Assembly (NCBI GenBank): GCA_051294375.1
Contig: JBJCIZ010001197.1
Coordinates: 1-10,101, forward strand
Source: Paraspadella gotoi
Lineage: Eukaryota; Animalia; Chaetognatha
Reading direction: 5' to 3'
Length of the DNA stretch: 10,101 bases
This document shows, one piece after another, positions 1 through 7,629 of the stretch. Position 1 is the first letter of the stretch; every line of letters begins with the position of its first letter. A program made the translations under genes and the position numbers. Below the pieces are notes generated by a model that saw nothing but the letters and a program-made list of their open reading frames with translations, made no database searches and was not told the DNA's origin.

Positions 1-125
1 AAATGGCTAGGAATCCAGGTTGGTTTCATTATATTTTGATTTGAATGATGCCATTTTTCGAAAGCGCACCATTTCGTTTCCTGATGCGTACCAAACTTTG
101 GCGGATAATTTAAATCTTTATACAT
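1..125 (-). CDS. Possible downstream coding exon (partial, runs off the window), perhaps part of the secreted-precursor gene
   Basis: Minus-strand acceptor-like TTTAATGTTAG ends at 126. Only phase 0 stays open to the window edge: MYKDLNYPPKFGTHQETKWCAFEKWHHSNQNIMKPTWIPSH. The other two frames stop within a few codons. No homology recognised. Confidence 0.35.
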   Translation of the reverse strand, partial: MYKDLNYPPKFGTHQETKWCAFEKWHHSNQNIMKPTWIPSH

Positions 126-253
126 CTAACATTAAATGCTCAACGTATAAAATATTTTAACCAAATATCTTAACTTTTAAGCTACTCAAATTACTTAAAA
201 TCTGTATATAAAATAACATATGGCCGATTGTTTTAAATCGGTCACCGTTTTTC

Positions 254-535
254 NNNNNNNNNNNNNNNNNNNNNNNNNNNNNNNNNNNNNNNNNNNNNNN
301 NNNNNNNNNNNNNNNNNNNNNNNNNNNNNNNNNNNNNNNNNNNNNNNNNNNNNNNNNNNNNNNNNNNNNNNNNNNNNNNNNNNNNNNNNNNNNNNNNNNN
401 NNNNNNNNNNNNNNNNNNNNNNNNNNNNNNNNNNNNNNNNNNNNNNNNNNNNNNNNNNNNNNNNNNNNNNNNNNNNNNNNNNNNNNNNNNNNNNNNNNNN
501 NNNNNNNNNNNNNNNNNNNNNNNNNNNNNNNNNNN
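254..535. other. Assembly gap (282 N)
   Basis: Run of N seen directly. Confidence 1.
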
Positions 536-560
536 TTCTTTAATTTTGTTGGATTCGAAT
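536..560 (-). CDS. Coding exon 2 (5' part, truncated by the gap) of the secreted precursor
   Basis: Acceptor TTTAATTTCTCTGCAG ends at 561. The phase-1 join with the previous exon gives G|AT = Asp and continues open as D-S-N-P-T-K-L-K into the gap. Confidence 0.7.
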
Positions 561-684
561 CTGCAGAGAAATTAAATTTTTTTTTAATACTATCTCGTGT
601 TTAACCTATACCGTTTAACAGTTTAATTTTGTGAAACATCAAATTTTAAGAATTACCTAAATGAAATCATGGCCAAGCACTCAC
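561..684 (-). other. Spliceosomal GT-AG intron (124 nt)
   Basis: Consensus donor AAG|GTGAGT (684-679), AT-rich body, pyrimidine-rich acceptor TTTCTCTGCAG. The reading frame is preserved across the junction. Confidence 0.75.
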
Positions 685-844
685 CTTTGATAGCTTCCCT
701 TCGCATGCGCATAAGCTTTGCTTCTGCCTCCCGCTTTTCCTGCAGATCCAATTTAAAACGAACATCATCGTCGCCAAGAACCGATTGTGTTGCGATTAGA
801 AAAAGCAACACTGTGAGAATCATGAAGTATTTCTTGGAAATCAT
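685..844 (-). CDS. First coding exon of a secreted prepro-protein or peptide precursor (signal peptide plus propeptide with dibasic cleavage sites)
   Basis: MISKKYFMILTVLLFLIATQSVLG-DDDVRFKLDLQEKR-EAEAKLMRMRR-EAIK: basic n-region, hydrophobic h-region, V-L-G signal peptidase site, then KR and R-X-R-R sites each followed by EA. It ends at a consensus GTGAGT donor, so the ORF-track tail (GECLAMISFR) is intronic. Confidence 0.8.
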
Positions 845-936
845 CTCGATTGATTTGTCAAACCGTTCACTATTTGAACGATGTTCGTGGTTTTTTCAAA
901 CAGTGAAAGCAATCCAAAAATAACCTAAAGAAAAAC
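845..936 (-). other. Upstream splice acceptor and 5' UTR portion of the first coding exon
   Basis: Minus strand reads TGTTTTTCTTTAG|GTT with AG at 926-925, 80 nt upstream of the ATG. This implies an upstream non-coding exon or a trans-splice site. Confidence 0.5.
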
Positions 937-1149
937 AGGTCAAAAATTTACGAAAAAACAAAAACAGATTCATACACGAGCTAATTCATCAAAGTTCATT
1001 CAGGGAATTAAACTAACTTTTATTTGGGCAGCAAGACTTAAAGCTGCTCACTGCTTGTCCAATCTCAGCCCCCTTGTCTCAATGGCTGAATAGCAGGCTA
1101 ATATATCTCTCTCATTTCATCCGTGGCGTCACCGGGTTAATTCCCTTGG

Positions 1150-1279
1150 GGTATCCCGGGGTTCTGGTTAAACTGTGACAGTGCGGTAGTAAACATGCCA
1201 GTGACAGGAGGCGGTTCACTTTGAGTGTCGCAGCCCTACGCAGTTTTGTTGAAGGATTACCCGCGCCCCGGGTATCACA
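1150..1279 (+). ncRNA. Candidate structured RNA (long irregular hairpin), family unidentified
   Basis: Four nested helices by manual pairing: 1150-1162/1265-1276, 1170-1177/1239-1246, 1182-1188/1226-1232, 1189-1199/1210-1219. Six G-U pairs work only on the + strand. It sits in a GC-rich island within AT-rich DNA. Confidence 0.35.
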
Positions 1280-2127
1280 GGCTATCTCCCGTTGCATACT
1301 ATCTTTAAATAGTCTTTTAAAAATACCATATTACTATGGGTTTATAAGGCGCGATTTACATTTTTAAATACAAATTCCCAAAAGGGAAATGGATCGTAGA
1401 ATTAAGAAAAGGGGAAAATTTTTGGAAACTTTAAACCAAATCAGAAGCCAATAAACATTAATAAGGTAACGTTCTGGGCTTCTAAAAATTGGCTCGCTTT
1501 TTCCGTTCCAGACGGGACAGACGTAAACTCAGATTAAATTTTTTAAAAAAATATTCTATTATTTTTTTTAGATAGATCTAAAATTCTTTTTTTTATTTAA
1601 AATCCCATAAATACCATTAAAATACACACAAAAAATTTTTAAAACCGAAAAAATATCAAATATAAATATTGGTTCATTTTCATTATTACTATTTTAATGT
1701 ACTATCGATAAGAAAATAAGTTTGGAAACCGAAACAAGAAAAAAAAAGTAATCTCTTTTCCATTTTGGATTTTTTCAATTTCTTGGGATATCTTCCACAA
1801 AGCCTCGGCGTTTCTATATCTAAAGTTGGGAGAGTTTGAAAGATTAAAAAGAAAATTGAAAAATTAAAGATATTATTCATTTTACTTTACTTCAAACAAA
1901 TATTTAGGCATAAATAAATTTTTCATTCATTTATTATTGTATTTTCATTTACCGTTATAGGAAAGACAAAAAATAACCTAGTAATCTCATATTTTTTTTT
2001 GGATGATTACTTTAATTCATTATAATTCAAAACAAAGATTTTGAGGATGAAGCCACAGATTAATTCCCAGGGTCAAATCTTGCGCTATGCCGCCTCAGTT
2101 TTCGCTAATAGTTCTTAGTTTTTTCAG

Positions 2128-2214
2128 TTGATCCAATTGGAGTTCAAATTCCTCGTTCGCCGCGAGTTGATTTGCGCGCGATTATAAGACAAGCACCACC
2201 GCAAATATCACGCA
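2128..2214 (+). CDS. Possible isolated internal exon (87 nt, phase 1-1)
   Basis: TTTTTTCAG acceptor ends at 2127. Open frame xDPIGVQIPRSPRVDLRAIIRQAPPQISR, weak donor GTATTT at 2215, locally raised GC. No homology recognised. Confidence 0.25.
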
Positions 2215-2475
2215 GTATTTTCTGGAAATTCGTCCTCTCTTTTCTTCTTTAACTTTCATTGTTATTTGTTCTTTACTATTTAATTTTAAAATGAGAAGAG
2301 CGGAGAAGGGCGGAGTATTTTCAAATTAGAACCAGGGTTGGGAAAAAATGGCATGGACGAATCAGAAGAGGGAAAAAACTTACGATTTATCGTTGACGGA
2401 AAGTGTTCGGTTTGTAGGTTTGAATCTCGGAGTTGGCAGGTCTGTGTGGCCCAAGGTCATGATTGCCGAAAACCA

Positions 2476-2524
2476 AGGAGGAGAGAGAGAGGGGAGACGA
2501 GAGAGGAGAGAGAAGAGTGAGAAA
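2476..2524 (+). repeat. Degenerate (GA)n purine tract
   Basis: GAGAGAGAGGGGAGACGAGAGAGGAGAGAGAAGAG seen directly. Confidence 0.85.
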
Positions 2525-2760
2525 GGCGCCGAGCTCTGATTATAATATATTGTTTTTAACAGTTTTATACACTACTTATGATTTTCACAAAAATTTCAAA
2601 AAAACTACCCAACCATTCAATACTTCTTACTCCGCTTGTATTTTCCAAATCAATATTATTTTGAAAACCGGTTTCAATAGAGTAGATTTTCGATGCTTTA
2701 ATTTTTAAGTTGAATTAAAATCTTGTTTTCTGCCAGATGAATTATTTTTTAAAGGTTCAA

Positions 2761-2866
2761 CCTTTCTTCTTTTATCCTTTCTTTTCCCTCTCATTCTCCT
2801 TCTTCTCCTTCTCCTCCTTTCTCCCTCCATCTTCCACCCCACCGACCCACCGACCCCCACCGACTC
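2761..2866 (+). repeat. Pyrimidine tract followed by a (CCACCGAC)x3 short tandem repeat
   Basis: CT-rich 2761-2835, then ccaccgac-ccaccgac-cc-ccaccgac at about 2839-2864. Confidence 0.8.
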
Positions 2867-3271
2867 AGGCCTCCGCCCCCCCAGCTTCCCTATAGGACTA
2901 ACCTGCCATCACTCACGCTTTACATTCAACCATTTGCGCGTCGGATTAGGGGATGCCCTTTTGACGACGTAAGACCCGCGACGGGATTCACAACGATCAC
3001 GTGAGTTTCGAAGAGCGACCTTGTGAAGGATTCGAATTCACCCTTGGCGGGGAGGGAGAGGGTGGGTGATTGCGGCGAGTTAGAGAGGGCGAGTATAACA
3101 ATGCGCCGTTGGAAGTGAGCGTGAGCGAGGGGTTTCAGTTTTCGATTTTAGGTTCTCATGTTATTTTTTATATATCCTGAAATAAAAGGACTATCTAAGT
3201 ATAAGCTTTTCAAGATGCTTCTTTTCCCATGTCAGATGTCCCGCGTTATGCCGCGTTATAAAAAAATTTAC

Positions 3272-3556
3272 TATGAAAATTGGTACAACCAATATAAAAT
3301 TATCCAATTCATTTTTAATAAAATAAGCTAATTATAGCCCCTGATGTTGGAACAGTTTTTGGTGGTTTAAGGCTCATCACTCTTACAAGTAATTACATAA
3401 GCAGGTCCTTGCAGCTTTCAATTAAAGACTTCATCTTTTTTTTTTTTTTTTCCCCCACAGCCCGTTTATTCCACTTCCAGAGTACCTGGGTTCCCCCCAT
3501 GTATCAATGAAGTGGAAAATATTTCAAGAATGTTATCAATCTGCTATGAAAGACCA
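3272..3556 (+). repeat. Direct repeat, copy 1 (~285 bp)
   Basis: Collinear with 3631-3888. Shared exact blocks AATTGGTACAACCAAT (3278-3293 / 3635-3650) and CTTACAAGTAATTACATA (3382-3399 / 3740-3757). Carries an extra T16 run (3436-3451). Confidence 0.95.
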
Positions 3557-3630
3557 TCCCTTTAAGATATTAGATCGGGGAATACTATATTGTCTCCGCA
3601 CTGCAATCAAAATACAAGGAGCTGAATTTT

Positions 3631-3888
3631 TATGAATTGGTACAACCAATTAAAAAATTATCCATTTCATTTATATAAATAAGCTATCTTGCCCCTGAAC
3701 TTTGGACAGGCTTTGGTGGTTTTAGGGGCTCCATCACTCCTTACAAGTAATTACATAGCAGGTCCCTGCAAGCTTTCAAATCAGACTCTCTCACGTCCGT
3801 TTCTCACTCCCAGAGTAGTACCTTGGCTTTCCCTACTCAATGAAGTTGGAAATATTTCAAAGAATGTTTCAATTGTATGGAAAGACCA
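3631..3888 (+). repeat. Direct repeat, copy 2 (~258 bp)
   Basis: Collinear with 3272-3556 from TATGAA(AA)TTGGTACAACC to GAAAGACCA. Many of the differences are 1-2 nt indels. Confidence 0.95.
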
Positions 3889-4417
3889 CTTCCTATGTCA
3901 TTTTCAAGGAACACGAACAAAAAGAAAAAAAAAGAAAAAAAAAGAAAAAGCAAAACTTGTTAAAAAAGAAGAAAGAGAGCCCAAAAAAGCCCCGACACGT
4001 AAAGAAAATTATGATAAAAAATCCACGCTCGACGCGCGGAACGCGATTAGTTGGCGCGGCACTTGGAACAAAATTTATATTTATATATTCTTTATAATTT
4101 TATTATATTTTATTATTTATTTATAACACCTTCACTCTTTTTATTATAAATCCTATTTGATACGTTTCTCGTTTTTTATTCATTCAAAATTCGATAATTA
4201 TTTCTATCCACGTCTACAGTTTATCCTTTTTTTTTTTTTAATTTTTTTTTTTTTCAACGACCCTTACCTATTTTTCTCTTCCTTATTTCCTTTATGTCTT
4301 TCCCTTCTTTCCCTTTTCCCTTTCCTTTATTCTATTCATCTTGCGTTTCAATTTTTTTTTTTCTCGCTCTTCTCAACTTTGTCCCACCGCTGCCGTTCTC
4401 TTCTTGTTTGAGGAGTA

Positions 4418-4443
4418 CTCTCTCTCTCTCTCCCTTTCTCTCT

Positions 4444-4500
<57 letters not shown>

Positions 4501-4529
4501 TCTCTCTCTCTCTCTCTCTTTCTCTCTCT
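4418..4529 (+). repeat. (CT)n microsatellite
   Basis: Long, interrupted CTCTCT run seen directly. Confidence 0.97.
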
Positions 4530-4654
4530 AACCTCATAGGAAGTAAGAGAAAAGGGAATGGGCTGGGACAGAGCCATGCAATCCTGGATTGTTAATGAGA
4601 CTGGGAAATTGGGGTGTCAAACAAGCTCGGAAATGGATCTGTTCTCGGGCCCGC

Positions 4655-4860
4655 GAGGGAGGGGAGGAAGAAGATGAGGAGTTTAGAAAGAAGAAAGAAA
4701 AAAAGAAATAAAGGGTGGAGGAGGGAAGAGGAAATGGAGGAAGGGGAAAGAAAAGTATGGAGAAGACGGGACGGAGTAGGAGGAAGGGGGAGAAAGGAGT
4801 GAAGAGGGGAAGGGTTGAGCGCGGCGGAAGGGAAGATAAGGGAGATGAGAGTGGGGCGAA
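4655..4860 (+). repeat. Purine-rich (GAA/GAG/GGA) low-complexity tract
   Basis: Nearly all A/G over about 200 bp. Confidence 0.85.
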
Positions 4861-5823
4861 GACTAGAAGAAATTGTTGAGGAAGGAGGAAACATTGACAA
4901 CAACAAGTTTACAGAGGATGACAATGAAGGTACGTGAATCGATAGGTCGGAGTTTACTCTGCTCGACTATCAAAGCTAGTGTGATGAAGGTTTAATTAGG
5001 ATGAATACGTAACATTTACTACGAGTTCTCTTTCGACGAGCGGGATAATATCAAGCTTAGAAACGACAATGACGTAATTTGGCTGGTAAATAAAAACAAT
5101 GACAATGGGACGACGAGACGATGACAATGGAGGACAAAACGGCAATTCGTCAGGTCTTTCGCCCTCCTCATCCGTTCTTCTCCTCCCCGCGGGCTCTCCT
5201 CTCATTATCATTGAAGGAAGAGAAAACAAATCTTCCGCAAACGAGGAGGGCGTGTGCAGTTGCTGGGCGGTACCGTAGAGAGTGGCGACAGGGTGGTTTT
5301 TTGGAGGTTTGTGGGGGGTGGGGGGGGGGTTCGTGTGCGGAGAAGGGCGTTAGGTGGGTTGGCCATTGTAATTTAGTTTATCTTTTGTTTTCAAGTACAA
5401 GGTTGGAGAGGAATTGACAGGGAACGCAGGAGAATGCCAGAAGGAAAAGCAAGGCGGCCTGGAGGTTGTTTCCGAAGTGGGGACCCGGAATGGAGGTTTG
5501 TAGTTGAGACAAATTGGAGGTTTGTTAGTGTGGAGAGCGGCGAAAGGATTTCCTTCTGTTTACGTGTTTCAATTTGCGCTGGGCGGAAGGCGGAAGGAGA
5601 GGGAAAAGTAAAAAATAGGAGCCAGGAATGATCCGCGGGTTATATTGTTTTGTTACTAGGTTTAAAGGATTGACGTCTTAAGGCATTTTCGTCAATTTAG
5701 CAATAATTATTTCTATGGAATGATGCCTCAACTTTTTCGTTGATGATAGCATAATTAAATATTTAGTAAACGGTTTACGAAAAATATCTGCAGAGTTTCC
5801 GAACAGGACGACATTCAGGCGAT

Positions 5824-5946
5824 GAGAGAGAGAGAGAAAGAGAGGATGAGAGAGAGAGAGAGAGAGCAGAGAGAGGAGGGGGAGAGAGAGGAGAGGAGAC
5901 AGAAGTAGCCGAGAGAGATGAGAGAGACGAGAGATGTAGAGAGAGA
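5824..5946 (+). repeat. (GA)n microsatellite, interrupted
   Basis: Seen directly. Confidence 0.95.
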
Positions 5947-6067
5947 TAAACTGTCTCGGTTGCCATGGAGGGCCGCCATAATGAAGAATTCATAAACAAT
6001 CTACATCTTTTTCTCTGGATGAATCCCAATAACGTTTCCAGGACGACCTTTTTTAAGATTGCCAGAT

Positions 6068-6214
6068 CTTCTCTATCTCACTCTTCTTTATCTCGCTCTT
6101 TCTTTCTGTCTCTTCTGTCTCTCTCTCACTCTTTTTTGTCCTCTCCTTCTCTCTCTTTCTCTCTCACTCTTTTTCTCTCGCTCTTCTCTCCTCTTTCTCT
6201 CTCTCTCTCATCTC
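6068..6214 (+). repeat. (CT)n microsatellite, interrupted
   Basis: Seen directly. Confidence 0.95.
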
Positions 6215-6307
6215 TGGAATTCGAGAGAAAGGTTGCGAAGTTTCTTTGTTTTGCTCTGGAGAAAACTGCATGATAAGAGGAGTCCGGTGAACGAAGTGGC
6301 GCTGAAT

Positions 6308-6450
6308 AGAGGGAGGAGAGAGAGGAGAAGAGGGAACGAGAGAGAGATTGGAGAGAGAGAGAGAGACGAGGTGATGGGAGAGAGAGAGGTGAGAATGAGA
6401 AGAGAGAGAGAGGAACGGAAAGACACCTTTAGAGACACGAGAGAACGAGA
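6308..6450 (+). repeat. (GA)n microsatellite, interrupted
   Basis: Seen directly. Confidence 0.95.
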
Positions 6451-6888
6451 ACCTTTTGTTTTCTCCCGGGCTTGGATCGGCCGCCTCAGGTCGAACCGCT
6501 TGTTTCTTTTTTGACTGCGGTGCTGTTTTTCAGAACTAACTGTGAGCTGCAGTTTTTACCTTCTCACTAGTAATTGATTTTTTTTTTCTAATGTGGAAAC
6601 AGCATCGGTAAATTTCAACAGTTATGTTCCATTTGAAATGAAATTAGAGTCAGTTATAAAATTCTGGATTCTACTGTCTACTCAAAAATAAACATACGCT
6701 ATGGATTTAATCCAGAATTAAAATTAAAAAGGGGCAACGAGCGTCTCCAGGGGGAAACCGGAGATTACCTACCGCCTCTCTCAAGCAGACCCCAAGCTAT
6801 TTCGATGATATTATCTTTATTATTCTCGGCGATTTCCGTCATTTTTTTCTTCAGTTTTTCGGCGCAAAAACCGGCCATTCTTTTACTT

Positions 6889-6975
6889 ATTTAGTTGCGC
6901 CTCGAGTACTCGCGGACCAAACTCTATAAGCCACTTTTCGGTCCGTCGGTTTTGTCTGTCTATCGGTCTGTCCCA
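6889..6975 (+). mobile_element. 5' part of a DINE-1/HINE-like (Helentron-associated non-autonomous) element
   Basis: T-rich start TTTAGTTGCG, perfect palindrome CGAGTACTCG (6903-6912), ACTCTATAAG, then a (GTCY/GTCGG)-type microsatellite CGGTCCGTCGGTTTTGTCTGTCTATCGGTCTGTCC. This is the inverted-repeat-plus-GTCY layout of DINE-1/HINE elements. The 3' end was not located. Confidence 0.5.
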
Positions 6976-7336
6976 CTTACGTTAAAACATGCATTATTTG
7001 CCCTTTAGTTGGTTGCGTAAAATTTGATTAAGACAGAAAAAACCTCAAATCTAACGGACTTGCATACCGCCGCCTTCTAGGAATTCTTAACTATAAGGGA
7101 ATTAAAAGACAAAAACTTTGATTGCAGTGCATACCATAAATTACACAGGCAAAGAAAGTCATGTTTCATGTCATGTCAATGTCATGTGATCAAAGAGAAA
7201 TACACATGAAAATAAAGTCACTGCTGCGCAAAACACTTTGGAATAACTTCTTGTTTTTTGCGGAGTCTTTTATTTTTTTGCCGGAAGCGTCACGCGATGT
7301 TAAAACGAGCCCGGGCGCGACCGTACGGCACCTCAT

Positions 7337-7395
7337 GAGAAGAGAGAGAGAGAGACGAGAGAGAGAGGAGAGAGAGAGAGAGAGAGAGAAGAGAG
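7337..7395 (+). repeat. (GA)n microsatellite
   Basis: Seen directly. Confidence 0.95.
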
Positions 7396-7532
7396 CGGAA
7401 TATCAGATGGACAGAGACAAAGAGAATTACCCTTGAAACCCAATCTTGTCAAAACCACGCGTAAGAGAGAGGAAAACTGTACATCCGACAAGAATTCACT
7501 TCTTTCAGACTTCCTACGAATTTTGTCGCGAG

Positions 7533-7536
<4 letters not shown>

Positions 7537-7590
<54 letters not shown>
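7537..7590 (+). repeat. Perfect (TC)n microsatellite
   Basis: Uninterrupted TC run seen directly. Confidence 0.98.
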
Positions 7591-7594
<4 letters not shown>

Positions 7595-7629
7595 TATTAA
7601 TCTTTAAAGTATCCACCTTCCGTCCAATC

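Noticed and set aside
220-543. 107-aa ORF spanning the N run
   Set aside because: Artefact of translating Ns.
669-923. 84-aa + strand ORF
   Set aside because: Antisense shadow of the signal-peptide exon, which has much better support from its peptide features and splice sites.
1060-1165. RNase MRP-like ACAAGGGGGCTGA on the minus strand, and an HDV-like GCCTCCTGTCACTGGC nearby
   Set aside because: No matching GAAAGUCCCC CR-I partner for MRP. The HDV L3 loop is too long and no P1/P1.1/P2 pairing could be built.
921-1279. Telomerase RNA idea (TAACCTAA as a TTAGG template plus a downstream ACA hairpin)
   Set aside because: TAACCTA recurs elsewhere (about 602 and 1975) and here is simply the complement of the splice acceptor. 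No pseudoknot or CR4/5-P6.1 motif was identified.
1112-1297. 61-aa minus-strand ORF over the GC island
   Set aside because: No recognisable protein features. An open frame of this length is expected from GC content alone.
3561-3700. Penelope GIY-YIG-like fragments (FKILDRG, then NWY, then KLSCP)
   Set aside because: Needs several frameshifts and a permuted motif order, has no YIG or R-x-x-E-H core, and another frame reads more cleanly. An HMM search would settle it.
3689-4924. K-rich, F-rich, (SL)n and (ER)n ORFs
   Set aside because: Translations of poly-A, poly-T and CT/GA tracts. Only the start of ORF 3689 overlaps the duplicated coding-like unit.
6745-6795. SRP helix-8-like CCAGG..GAAA..GGAG
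   Set aside because: Lacks the conserved AGCAG strand, and there is no surrounding Alu domain or helix 5/6.
3597-7130. 14-bp inverted match TTTGATTGCAGTGC between about 3598-3611 and 7117-7130
   Set aside because: The match does not extend, no target-site duplication is seen, and one such match is plausible by chance in 10 kb.
7158-7190. (TCATG)-like pentamer repeats
   Set aside because: Short degenerate microsatellite with no further structure.
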